Below are positions 17,485-27,268 of a stretch of DNA of 37,399 bases, in pieces. The stretch covers positions 1 through 37,399 of the forward strand of contig CAZYXO010000001.1 in assembly GCA_964651315.1 (NCBI GenBank). Direction: 5' to 3'. The notes under the pieces were generated by a model, which did not search any database, was not told where the DNA came from, and saw only the letters and a program-made list of their open reading frames with translations. A program made the position numbers and the translations under genes. Each line of letters begins with the position of its first letter. The stretch's first letter is position 1. This DNA is from an uncultured Muribaculaceae bacterium. GTDB lineage: Bacteria; Bacillota_I; Bacilli_A; RF39; UBA660.

Positions 17485-18968
17485 TGAAGAAAGTAATTTA
17501 TTCTTGTCTAATATCAATAATAACTTTAGCATTAATTTATTTATGTGGAATGCCTACTAGAAATACATCAACAATAAATAATTTATTTAAAGTTTATTTA
17601 AAAGGAAATTATATTGGTTTAATAGAACATGATAATGAATTATATGATTTAATTAATGAAAAACAAATGGAAGTTAAAGAAAAGTATCAAGTTGATACTG
17701 TTTATCCTCCAAATAGTTTTAGTTTAACTAAATATAATACTTATGATGATAATGTAACTGATGTAAAAACAATATATGATAAAATAGCTAGTGAAGATGA
17801 ATTTACTATTAAGGGATATCAAGTATCGATAAAAAAAGATAAAGATGTTAAAAGTCTTTATGTTTTAGATAAAGAATTATTTGAGAATGCTTTATTTAAT
17901 TATGTTACAGCATTTATATCTGAAGAAGATTTTAATGGATATATTAAGGGTACGCAAGAAGAATTAGATGATGATATTGGTGAAATCATTGAAAATATGT
18001 ATTTTGATGAAACAATTACTATCAAAGAAGCAAATATCAATATTAGTGATACAATTTATACTGATATAACTTCTCTTACACAATATTTATTATTTGGTGA
18101 AAATGTAAATTCTAAAAGTTATTCTATTAAAGAAGGAGATACAATTAGTACGATTGCTGAAGATAATGAGTTAAATGTTCAGGAATTTTTAATTGCTAAC
18201 CCTCAATTTAGAGATGAAAAAACATTGTTAAAAATTGGTGAAAAAGTTAATATAACTTTAATCAATCCTCAATTAACCTTTGTCTATCAAGTTAAACAAA
18301 TAGAAGAAGTTGAAGAATATTTTGAAAAGAAAACGCAAATTGATAATACTAAACCAGGAACTTATTCAGAAATTACACAAGCCGGTGTTGTTGGTATTAG
18401 AAAATTAAAAGAAACTTATACTGTAACTAATGGTGAACAACAAAGTGAAGTTAAAATTTTAACGGATGAACTTGTTAGAGAAAGAGTAGATCAAATAACA
18501 ACTAAAGGAAAGAAAACGACTTATTATATTTCTGGTCATTATGTCGATACAGGATTAGAATGGGGCTGGCCGACTAATTCTCCATATCGTATAACAAGTA
18601 GATTTGGATGGCGTTGGGGGAAAATGCATGAAGGTATAGATATATCAGGAACAGGAAGAGGTTCACAGATTTATGCTGCTGGTGATGGAGTTGTAGTTAC
18701 TGCTGAGGATGCATGTAAGAGTTGTTCAAGATGGAGTAATGGTACTTATGTTGTAATTGAACATGCCAATAATGTTTATACTGTATACGCACATTTAGAA
18801 TTTAAAAGCGTAAAAGTAGGTCAAGTAATTACTAAAGGCACAAAAATAGGTGGAATGGGAGAAACGGGATATGCGTTTGGTGTTCATTTGCACTTTGCTG
18901 CTTCAATTGGTCAGCCTTTTGAAGGAAAATCTGTTAGTTACTTTAATCCACTAGAATTGTATAGATAA
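17484..18968 (+). CDS. Membrane-anchored M23 family metallopeptidase with LysM and G5-like domains
   Basis: N-terminal TM segment. LysM (YSIKEGDTISTIAEDNELNVQEFLIANP), a G5-like segment (KPGTYSEITQAGVVGIRK...TKG), and M23 motifs HEGIDI and HLHF. Confidence 0.85.
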   Translation: MKKVIYSCLISIITLALIYLCGMPTRNTSTINNLFKVYLKGNYIGLIEHDNELYDLINEKQMEVKEKYQVDTVYPPNSFSLTKYNTYDDNVTDVKTIYDKIASEDEFTIKGYQVSIKKDKDVKSLYVLDKELFENALFNYVTAFISEEDFNGYIKGTQEELDDDIGEIIENMYFDETITIKEANINISDTIYTDITSLTQYLLFGENVNSKSYSIKEGDTISTIAEDNELNVQEFLIANPQFRDEKTLLKIGEKVNITLINPQLTFVYQVKQIEEVEEYFEKKTQIDNTKPGTYSEITQAGVVGIRKLKETYTVTNGEQQSEVKILTDELVRERVDQITTKGKKTTYYISGHYVDTGLEWGWPTNSPYRITSRFGWRWGKMHEGIDISGTGRGSQIYAAGDGVVVTAEDACKSCSRWSNGTYVVIEHANNVYTVYAHLEFKSVKVGQVITKGTKIGGMGETGYAFGVHLHFAASIGQPFEGKSVSYFNPLELYR

Positions 18969-19732
18969 TGAAATTTTGTATACTAGCGAGTGGCTCTAAA
19001 GGAAATGTAATTTATTTAGAAGTAAATAACACTAAGTTTTTAATCGATGTCGGTAAAAGCAAAAAATATATTGAATTGCAACTAGAAAATATCAATGTTG
19101 ATCCACAAACAATAAATTTTATAATTATCAGTCATTTACATAAAGATCATATATCAGCATTAGAAACTTTTATTCGAAAATATAAAGTAACGGTTGTTAT
19201 TACGACTTTAATGTTAAAAGAATTACCTAGTTTAAAAAATTATGATTACTTAATAATTTACGAAGATGATGTAAAATTAGATGATTTAAAAATTCTATCA
19301 ATTAAATCAAGTCATGATTCTGTAGACAGTCGAAACTTTATTTTTCAATATAATGATGAAAGTTTAGTTTATTTAACTGATACTGGATATGTAAAACAAA
19401 AAGACTTTAAAAAACTAACTAACAAAAATGTTTATTTATTTGAAAGTAATCATGATATTGAAATGTTACAAAATGGTCCATATCCTAAATGGTTAAAAGC
19501 AAGAGTTTTAAGTGATTATGGTCATTTATCAAATATAACAGCAAGTTATTACTTAACAAAATTAATTGGTAATAAAACAAAAATGATTTATTTAATGCAT
19601 TTAAGTGAAACCAATAATAAAGAAGAACTTGCTTTACAAACAATTAATGAAACTTTTACGGAATACAATATTAAATTTAAAAATATTAAATGCGCTAAAC
19701 AAGATGAACGAAGTGAGGTAATTAAAGTATGA
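18968..19732 (+). CDS. MBL-fold metallo-hydrolase (YycJ/WalJ-like)
   Basis: An HxHxDH-type motif SHLHKDH. Sits upstream of rlmH as in Bacillus yycJ-rlmH. Confidence 0.8.
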   Translation: MKFCILASGSKGNVIYLEVNNTKFLIDVGKSKKYIELQLENINVDPQTINFIIISHLHKDHISALETFIRKYKVTVVITTLMLKELPSLKNYDYLIIYEDDVKLDDLKILSIKSSHDSVDSRNFIFQYNDESLVYLTDTGYVKQKDFKKLTNKNVYLFESNHDIEMLQNGPYPKWLKARVLSDYGHLSNITASYYLTKLIGNKTKMIYLMHLSETNNKEELALQTINETFTEYNIKFKNIKCAKQDERSEVIKV

Positions 19733-20166
19733 TAAAAATAATATGCTTTGGAAAAATAAAAGAAAAATATTTAAACGACTTAAATAACGACTATTTAAGT
19801 CGTTTAAAAAAATATACAAAAATTGAAATAATTGAGTTAAAAGATAATGAAAATATAGAAATTGAAAAAGAAGAATTGTTAAAAACAATGAAATCAACAG
19901 ATTATAATATTTTATTAGATATAAATGGAGATTTAATATCAAGTGAAAACTTAGCAAAATTAATTGATGAAATATTAATAATTAATAGTAATATTACTTT
20001 TATAATTGGAAGTAGCAATGGAATCCATAATGATTTAAAATCATTATTTAATAAAACTATTTCATTTGGAAAAAATACTTATCCACATGGTTTATTTAGA
20101 GGTATTCTTTTAGAACAAATTTATCGTGCATATAAAATAAATAATAATGAAAGGTATCATAAATAA
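19729..20166 (+). CDS. rlmH: 23S rRNA (pseudouridine1915-N3)-methyltransferase RlmH
   Basis: 145-aa SPOUT-type protein with an IIGSSNGIH segment and a C-terminal LLEQIYRAYKI. Confidence 0.85.
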   Translation: MIKIICFGKIKEKYLNDLNNDYLSRLKKYTKIEIIELKDNENIEIEKEELLKTMKSTDYNILLDINGDLISSENLAKLIDEILIINSNITFIIGSSNGIHNDLKSLFNKTISFGKNTYPHGLFRGILLEQIYRAYKINNNERYHK

Positions 20167-20828
20167 TGAAATTTGGAAATGATTGGGATATTCAATTAAG
20201 AAAAGTATTAGAAAGTCCTGGATATAAGAAATTTTTAACTATGATTAAGCATGAATATGAAACAAAAACTATTTTTCCACCAAAAGAATTAATATTTAAT
20301 GCTCTTAAAACAACAAGTTATAAAGATGTTAAAGTTGTAATTGTTGGACAAGATCCTTATCATGGTGTAGGAGAAGCTCATGGATTATCCTTTTCTGTGC
20401 AAGAAGGTGTTAAATTACCTCCATCGCTAAAAAATATATATAAGGAATTATATGATGATTTAGGTATCTCACCAAGTATTAGTGGTGATTTAACTAAATG
20501 GGCTAAAGAAGGAGTACTATTATTAAATAGTTCGCTAACTGTAATAAAAGATCGTCCAAGTAGTCATAGCAAAATAGGTTGGGAATTACTTACTGATTAT
20601 ATAATTGCATTATTAAACGAAAAAGAAACACCAATAGTATTTATATTATGGGGAAACTTTGCTAAAGAAAAAGAAAAATTAATTACAAATAAAATTCATT
20701 TAGTAATAAAAAGTTCTCATCCATCTCCATTTTCTTGTAATTATGGTTTCTTTGGTAGTAAACCATTTTCTCAAACTAATAATTTTTTAATTAGTCAAAA
20801 TAAAAAACCAATTGATTGGTCTTTATAA
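20166..20828 (+). CDS. ung: Uracil-DNA glycosylase
   Basis: GQDPYH water-activating loop, the GVLLLN motif and the HPSPFS leucine-loop region. Confidence 0.95.
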   Translation: MKFGNDWDIQLRKVLESPGYKKFLTMIKHEYETKTIFPPKELIFNALKTTSYKDVKVVIVGQDPYHGVGEAHGLSFSVQEGVKLPPSLKNIYKELYDDLGISPSISGDLTKWAKEGVLLLNSSLTVIKDRPSSHSKIGWELLTDYIIALLNEKETPIVFILWGNFAKEKEKLITNKIHLVIKSSHPSPFSCNYGFFGSKPFSQTNNFLISQNKKPIDWSL

Positions 20829-21356
20829 TTTAAAATCATTAGTTATTTCATCTTGATTATTAATTCCATCATAGAAATATTTAATTTTAAAATTATGAAA
20901 TTTTGCAATTATTAATGAAGGAAATTTACGAATATAGTTATTTAAAACACTAGTATTATTATTATAATATATTTTAGCAGATTCTAATTTTTCATTAATA
21001 TTCTTAACTTCACATAAATTAGTTTTAATATCAACATTATTATTTAAATTATTATCTAATAATAATTTATTAATAATGTTTTCTATTTCTATTAATTTTC
21101 TATCTAAATCAAAATTAGTTAATTGTTTATCTTTTAAATTTGCATATTCTTTAAAATAATTCTTTTTATCATCTATTTCTTTATTAATAACATCTATAGT
21201 AGTAGTTAATAAATCAAACTTCTTTCGTAAACTATCATTAATTATATTTTCAGCACTTTCTATTTTTGTTTTTTGAAATTGTAAAGTATTATAAATTGTA
21301 ATATAGAAAATTGCTAGTAAACCTACAAAAATTATAAAAATTAGAAAATAATTCAT
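20823..21356 (-). CDS. LemA family membrane protein
   Basis: N-terminal TM segment, then YNTLQ..K..IE.A...I and a C-terminal YYN......N..I..FP LemA-like pattern. 177 aa. Confidence 0.75.
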   Translation of the reverse strand: MNYFLIFIIFVGLLAIFYITIYNTLQFQKTKIESAENIINDSLRKKFDLLTTTIDVINKEIDDKKNYFKEYANLKDKQLTNFDLDRKLIEIENIINKLLLDNNLNNNVDIKTNLCEVKNINEKLESAKIYYNNNTSVLNNYIRKFPSLIIAKFHNFKIKYFYDGINNQDEITNDFKL

Positions 21357-21440
21357 TTATTATCACCGATATCATTGTATCAAATTGTCGAATATAAGTC
21401 TATTAATTATTTTTAAAATAAAAAATAGCTATTGCTATTT

Positions 21441-21743
21441 CTATCTTGTTATTTCATCATTAATACTTGGAATTAATGTTTCATTCTTGATTAATGCTTT
21501 ATCTTGTATAGAAGCAAGAATAATAATTAATCTTTGTTCCATATATTCCATTTGTTCATCAGGTACATTTCCACTTTCTATTTCTGTAATAATAGTATGA
21601 GCTGCTTCAAACAACAATTCAGTATTATAATTCTTAGTTTCTTTAATTAATTTTATAATGTCTCTTTGTTCCATTAATTCTAAAATATATTCTCTTTCAG
21701 CAGTTAGAAATGTTTCTTTTAAATTTGCTATATTATCTTTCAT
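21441..21743 (-). CDS. Small acidic helical protein, unknown function
   Basis: ATG 21743 follows GGTGGAGGAAAAATATG on the minus strand. 100 aa with no recognisable motif. Followed by a hairpin terminator. Confidence 0.5.
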   Translation of the reverse strand: MKDNIANLKETFLTAEREYILELMEQRDIIKLIKETKNYNTELLFEAAHTIITEIESGNVPDEQMEYMEQRLIIILASIQDKALIKNETLIPSINDEITR

Positions 21744-21845
21744 ATTTTTCCTCCACCAAAATATTAACAAAAATAATTAATAAAGTCCACAAGAAATATA
21801 AAAAAATGTTGAAATGTGCTATAATAACTTTAAAAGGAGTTTGCT

Positions 21846-23036
21846 ATGAGAAAAAGAAGGCGTATGCGTCATAAATTAAAAATAATTTTATCATTAATCT
21901 TACTTTTTTCATTATTATTAGGCGGATATTTCATTTATAGAAATGATTTACTAAGGAATAATGATAAACCAATTATAAGCGATAATAAAAAAAGTGATAA
22001 TATTGCAGAAGAACCAAAAGAGAAAATATATACAGCGACTATTTTAGGAACAGGTGATGCTCTTGCTCATACCAATGTATTTAATTCTGCTTTAAAAGAT
22101 GGTGGTGGCAAAAAATATGATTTTACGCACGCTTTTTCAAAAATAAAAGATATTGTTAGTAGTTATGATATTGCTTATTATAATCAAGAAACTATTTTTG
22201 CTGGAGAAAACTATGCTTATACTGGATACCCAAGATTTAATACTCCATCCGCATTTGGAGATTATTTAGTAGATACGGGTTTTAATACTGTATCAACAGC
22301 AACCAACCATACTATTGATAAAGGTGAAAAAGGAATCATAAATGCTTATAATTATTGGATAACAAAAGATGTAATGTTTAATGGTATTGCTGATAGTGAA
22401 GAAAATAGAAATAAAATAACACTAAAAGAAGTAAATAATATAAGCTATGCTCTTTTAAGTTATACAACTAGTACTAATGGTTTACCTGTACCAAAAGGGA
22501 AAAGTTATTTAGTAAATTTATATAGTGATGAACAAGTAAAAAAAGATGTTGAAAGTATTCGTGATAAAGTTGATGTTTTAATTGTTGCGATTCACTGGGG
22601 AAGTGAATATACCCATAATCCAACAAAATTTCAAAGAGAAAAAGCAAAATATTTAGCAAGTTTAAATGTTGACATTGTTTTTGGTACTCATCCTCACGTA
22701 ATTCAACCAATAGAAAAAATAGATGACACATTTATTTATTATTCATTAGGCAATTTTATTTCAAATCAAGAGCAATTACCGAGAAAAATAGGTATGTTTG
22801 CTACTTTAAAAGTAACCAAAATTGTTAATGAAACAGGCACAAATATAACAATTAATGATAATGGGACTGAACTATTATATGTTTATAATAAACCTAATCA
22901 TACAAAACATATTGTGATACCTTTTAGCAAATTAGAAACGCAATACTTAAAAGATTATAAAACTGTATATGAAACATATAAAAAAGTATTATTACGTTAT
23001 GATAATTCATTTATTATAAACCCAATAAATTCATAA
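21846..23036 (+). CDS. CapA-family (PGA_cap metallophosphoesterase-like) membrane-anchored protein
   Basis: N-terminal TM segment plus ILGTGDAL, NHTIDKG, HWGSEY and GTHPHV metallophosphatase-like motifs typical of CapA/PgsA-type proteins. Confidence 0.8.
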   Translation: MRKRRRMRHKLKIILSLILLFSLLLGGYFIYRNDLLRNNDKPIISDNKKSDNIAEEPKEKIYTATILGTGDALAHTNVFNSALKDGGGKKYDFTHAFSKIKDIVSSYDIAYYNQETIFAGENYAYTGYPRFNTPSAFGDYLVDTGFNTVSTATNHTIDKGEKGIINAYNYWITKDVMFNGIADSEENRNKITLKEVNNISYALLSYTTSTNGLPVPKGKSYLVNLYSDEQVKKDVESIRDKVDVLIVAIHWGSEYTHNPTKFQREKAKYLASLNVDIVFGTHPHVIQPIEKIDDTFIYYSLGNFISNQEQLPRKIGMFATLKVTKIVNETGTNITINDNGTELLYVYNKPNHTKHIVIPFSKLETQYLKDYKTVYETYKKVLLRYDNSFIINPINS

Positions 23037-23108
23037 AAAAGCATTGGAAATATGTTTTTTTATTTTTTCTTATGATATACTAATTAATATGAAAAGAGGT
23101 TTTCAAGA

Positions 23109-24356
23109 ATGAAATTTATTGAAAATTTAACAGAAAAAGAATATATGGATTTTTTTAAAGAAAACCCTAATGCACATTTTTTACAATCAGCGGGTTGGGG
23201 TTATGCTTCAAAATTAAATCGTCAGCAAACACCAATTTATGTTGGTTTAAAAGATGAAAATGATAGAATATTAATAGCAGCTTTATTATTGAAAAAAAAT
23301 ACACCTTTTAAAATGTGTTATTATTACTGTCCTCGTGGTTTTGTTTTTGATTACAAAAATAAAAATATTTTTGATGTATTTATAAAAGAATTAAAGAATT
23401 TGTTAAAAAAAACAAATGCTATTTATTTAAAAGTTGATCCAGGTATCAAATACCAAACTATCGATAGTGAAGCAAAACCTATTGAAGGAGAAAACAATTA
23501 TGAAATATTTAATTGGTTTATTGAAACAGGTTTTAAACATCAAGGATTTAATAAGTTACATGAAGGTAATCAACCAAGATATACATTTAGAATACCAGTT
23601 GATATATCAGAAGAAGAAATAAAAAATAAAATTAGCAAATCATTTATGAAACAAATTAATAAAAGTTTTAGTTATGATTTTGAAATAATTGAAAGTGAAA
23701 ATACCGACAATTTTTCTAAATTGAATGAGTTAATAAGCCAAAAAGATGATTTTCACTTCTATGGAAGTGCATATTTTAAAAATGTGTATGATGGATTTAA
23801 CAAATATGATGAAATTAAAGTTCATGAAGTAAAATTATATCCAACAAAAATAATTGCAAAAAATGAAATAGAAATAAATAAAATAGAAAAAGAATTACAA
23901 GAAGGATTGGTTATTAAAAAGAATTTAGATAATACAAATAATACTTTAAAAAGATTAAAAAGAGAAGTTGAATTACTTTTACCATATAAAAACGAAAAAG
24001 AAGGATTAATTATATGTTCAATGATAGTTGTTTACACAAAAGATATATTATGGACTCTATATATTGGTAATAATGATTTAGCAAGAGATTTATTTGCAGT
24101 TAATCGAATATATTATGAAGAATTATTATATGCCAAAAAAATAGGATGCAAATATGTTGATTTATTTGGAGTTGTAGGAGATCCTCATACAAAAGAAAAA
24201 AATTATGCAGGAATTTACAATTATAAAGCAAATTTTGGAGGAATTTATACAGAATTTTTAGGTGAATTTGACTTAATAAATAAATCGTTTATGTATAAAG
24301 TATTACCAAGTTTATTGAAAATATATCGTAAAATGTTAAAAAAGGTGAAAAAATGA
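23109..24356 (+). CDS. FemAB-family peptidoglycan interpeptide-bridge aminoacyltransferase (copy 1)
   Basis: FLQSAGWG N-terminal motif, a central coiled-coil insertion, and a C-terminal YNYKANFGG. 415 aa. Confidence 0.85.
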   Translation: MKFIENLTEKEYMDFFKENPNAHFLQSAGWGYASKLNRQQTPIYVGLKDENDRILIAALLLKKNTPFKMCYYYCPRGFVFDYKNKNIFDVFIKELKNLLKKTNAIYLKVDPGIKYQTIDSEAKPIEGENNYEIFNWFIETGFKHQGFNKLHEGNQPRYTFRIPVDISEEEIKNKISKSFMKQINKSFSYDFEIIESENTDNFSKLNELISQKDDFHFYGSAYFKNVYDGFNKYDEIKVHEVKLYPTKIIAKNEIEINKIEKELQEGLVIKKNLDNTNNTLKRLKREVELLLPYKNEKEGLIICSMIVVYTKDILWTLYIGNNDLARDLFAVNRIYYEELLYAKKIGCKYVDLFGVVGDPHTKEKNYAGIYNYKANFGGIYTEFLGEFDLINKSFMYKVLPSLLKIYRKMLKKVKK

Positions 24357-25573
24357 TTATTAAAATTATAGATGAAAAAACATATGAAAATTATGTTACA
24401 AACCATCCTTATAAAAATATGTATCAAACAATAAATTGGTTAAAAGTAAAGCAACAAGAAAAAAGAGAAATTGAAATATTAGGTTTTTATCAAAATAATC
24501 AATTAGTAGGAGCTTCTTATGCTATTAAAATACCTATTTTAAAAAAGTTTTATCATATTTATTTTTCGCGTGGTATACTTACAAATTATGATGATAACAT
24601 TTTTATCTTAGAATTAACTAATTTATTAAAGGCTTATTATCAAAATAAAAAAGTTATTAAAATAACAATAGATCCCGCAATAATATTAAGTAGTAGAGAC
24701 GTAAATGGGAATATTACTAAATATGACAATGATAGTATAAAAAATAATTTAGAAGCAGCAGGATTTATTTTTTACGGATATAATTTAAGATTTGAATCAT
24801 TACAAATGCGTTTTATTCATCGTTTAAAATTAACAAATTCTTATGAAGAACAAACTAAATGTTTTGATAAAAGTACTAAAAAAAATATTGAACTTGCTAT
24901 TCAAAAAGGTGTGAGAATAAGAAAAGGAACTATAGATGATTTAGAACTGGGAATAAGTATGTTTAACCAAACAGCAACAAGAAAAAATATTTCAAATTAT
25001 AGTTTAAATTTTTACAAAAGAATATTTACAACATATAAAGAAGATGCAACATTATACATTGCCTATATAGATAAAAATATTTATTTAAACAATATGCAAC
25101 AATTATTAAAAGAAAAAGAAAAAGAGTTAGAAATAATTATTAATAAAAAATCAACGTCTAATGTTGGTAAAAAATTATTACAACAAGAAGAAATTGCAAA
25201 AAAACAAATAATTAAATATCAAAAAGAAATAGAGAAAGCAAGTAGTTTACAAAAAGAAACGATTATTGCTAGTTTATTTTCTATGTATGCAAATGATGAA
25301 TATATTTCATTTGCTAGTGGTATGGATAATAATTATCGTGATTTTTGTCCTAAATATGCAATGTATCCTGCACATATTAAGGACGCAATAGAGCATAATA
25401 TGACTTATGTTAATTTTTTGGGAGTTACTGGTATATTTGATAAAAATGATAAAGATTATGGCATATACGACGTTAAAAGAGGCTTTGGTGGTGAAACAAT
25501 AGAATATATTGGTCAATTCACATTACCTTTAAATAAAATTTTATATAATGTATGCAATATATTAAAAAAATGA
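24353..25573 (+). CDS. FemAB-family peptidoglycan interpeptide-bridge aminoacyltransferase (copy 2)
   Basis: Paralogue of the previous gene (MYQTINW, a coiled-coil insert, YDVKRGFGG). ATGA start/stop overlap with copy 1. Confidence 0.85.
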   Translation: MIIKIIDEKTYENYVTNHPYKNMYQTINWLKVKQQEKREIEILGFYQNNQLVGASYAIKIPILKKFYHIYFSRGILTNYDDNIFILELTNLLKAYYQNKKVIKITIDPAIILSSRDVNGNITKYDNDSIKNNLEAAGFIFYGYNLRFESLQMRFIHRLKLTNSYEEQTKCFDKSTKKNIELAIQKGVRIRKGTIDDLELGISMFNQTATRKNISNYSLNFYKRIFTTYKEDATLYIAYIDKNIYLNNMQQLLKEKEKELEIIINKKSTSNVGKKLLQQEEIAKKQIIKYQKEIEKASSLQKETIIASLFSMYANDEYISFASGMDNNYRDFCPKYAMYPAHIKDAIEHNMTYVNFLGVTGIFDKNDKDYGIYDVKRGFGGETIEYIGQFTLPLNKILYNVCNILKK

Positions 25574-25576
25574 AAA

Positions 25577-27199
25577 TTACTTTTCATTTTTTTTGAACAA
25601 TCTTTTAAATAGATTTTTCCCAAGTAAATCATCCATATTTTTTCTATTTAAGAAGTAATAAAATATAACAGATAATACTCCAACTATTCCTATAATAATA
25701 ATTAATAATAATCTACTAGTAATACCAGAAATATAATATCTTACAATTAAACAACAACCAACAATTATTAACATTTTCAAATATTGCATGGGTAATTTTT
25801 TAAACGTATTTTTATAAGTAAGACCATCATGCTTAGATAATGAATATAGTACAACTATTAAAGACAATGAATAACCAATTAATGTTGCAGTAATAGCACC
25901 ATAGTAAGGTGGTAAACCTAAATTATGGAATAAATATATTAATGGTATATCTAATATAGCATTAACTACTAAACCTAAGAAAACAGATAAATAAATTAAT
26001 TTCTTTTTATTTAATGCTTGTAATGTAGAACATGTCATAGTAAATGATGCATCAAAGAAAGCTACAATAAATAAATATTGCATTATTATTGGTCCAAAAT
26101 AACTATTTCCATAAAATATAGTCCATATTTCTTTAGCAAATATACTTACAAATATTGATAAAGGTAATATTACAAAAAATAATATTTGTAATGCTTTATT
26201 AAAATTTCTATTAACTTCTTCAATATCTTTTTTTACATAAGCAGATACTATTGATGGTATTAAACTAATAATTATTCCTGTTCCAATTGCTGTAACAATA
26301 CTAACCATTTTATTACCCCAAGTAGTAAATACACTGCTTATTGTTTCAATATCAGTTGCATTCATACCAATATTATTTAATCCTCTAATTAATAAAATCA
26401 TATCAGTAGAATTATAAATACTTCCACTAATTGCAATAACAATAAATGGTAATGAATATGATAATATTTTCTTAATAACTTTTTTCTTTTCTGATTTAGT
26501 TAAACCATTATTATCATCATATTTATCTAAATTTTTCATTTTTCTTAATAAATAGAAATAACCAAATAATGCTCCAATACAAGCCCCAAAAACGGATACA
26601 CCAACAGCAGTTGTAATAGATAACTTAAATACTTTTAATACAAGAATACTACCACCTAATATCACAGCAACTCTAACAAACTGTTCAATTACTTGGCTGA
26701 TAGAAGATGCAGCGATATATTTATGACCTTGTAAATAACCCCGTATTATACTTAAAGCAGGAACAATAAGTAATGCAAAAGAAACACATCTTATGACAAA
26801 TTTAACATCTTCAACAGTATTTCCACCAGTTATATCACCAAGAATAATTTTAGCAAGAAAACCTGCTCCAAAAAAACATATAGCAAAACTTATTAATGAA
26901 AATATAACAATAAATTTATTAGCAATACTGAATAAATATGTTTTTTCTTTATTCATTTTAAGTGTATTATATTCACTAGTAATTTTACTTATTGCAAGAG
27001 GAATACCAGCAGTAGATATAATTAAAAATACATTATAGATGTTGTATGCATATCCATATAATGCACCACCTTTTTCACCAATAATACTATAAAAAGGAAT
27101 TACATATAAAACACCAATAATTTTTGTTAAAATAATAGCAATACTAGCGATTATAGCCCCTTCAATAAAGTTACTTTTCTTCATTTGTTTCATTCCCAT
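25577..27199 (-). CDS. MOP-superfamily flippase (MurJ/YtgP/SpoVB-like polysaccharide biosynthesis protein)
   Basis: 540 aa with about 14 TM segments. The N-terminal segment FIEGAIIASIAIILTKIIGVLYVIPF...GGALYGYAYNIY is typical of the YtgP/SpoVB group. Confidence 0.8.
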   Translation of the reverse strand: MGMKQMKKSNFIEGAIIASIAIILTKIIGVLYVIPFYSIIGEKGGALYGYAYNIYNVFLIISTAGIPLAISKITSEYNTLKMNKEKTYLFSIANKFIVIFSLISFAICFFGAGFLAKIILGDITGGNTVEDVKFVIRCVSFALLIVPALSIIRGYLQGHKYIAASSISQVIEQFVRVAVILGGSILVLKVFKLSITTAVGVSVFGACIGALFGYFYLLRKMKNLDKYDDNNGLTKSEKKKVIKKILSYSLPFIVIAISGSIYNSTDMILLIRGLNNIGMNATDIETISSVFTTWGNKMVSIVTAIGTGIIISLIPSIVSAYVKKDIEEVNRNFNKALQILFFVILPLSIFVSIFAKEIWTIFYGNSYFGPIIMQYLFIVAFFDASFTMTCSTLQALNKKKLIYLSVFLGLVVNAILDIPLIYLFHNLGLPPYYGAITATLIGYSLSLIVVLYSLSKHDGLTYKNTFKKLPMQYLKMLIIVGCCLIVRYYISGITSRLLLIIIIGIVGVLSVIFYYFLNRKNMDDLLGKNLFKRLFKKNEK

Positions 27200-27207
27200 C
27201 TAGTATT

Positions 27208-27236
27208 ATTATAAAGAAATATTCTTAAAAATACAA
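27208..27236 (-). promoter_or_regulatory. Candidate promoter of the flippase gene, possibly giving a leaderless mRNA
   Basis: Minus strand: TTGTAT, a 17-nt spacer, TATAAT, then only 8 nt before ATG 27199. No SD sequence precedes any of the three candidate ATGs. Confidence 0.4.
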
Positions 27237-27268
27237 TTAATAATGAAGTATAAGAAAAAACTAGTAAC

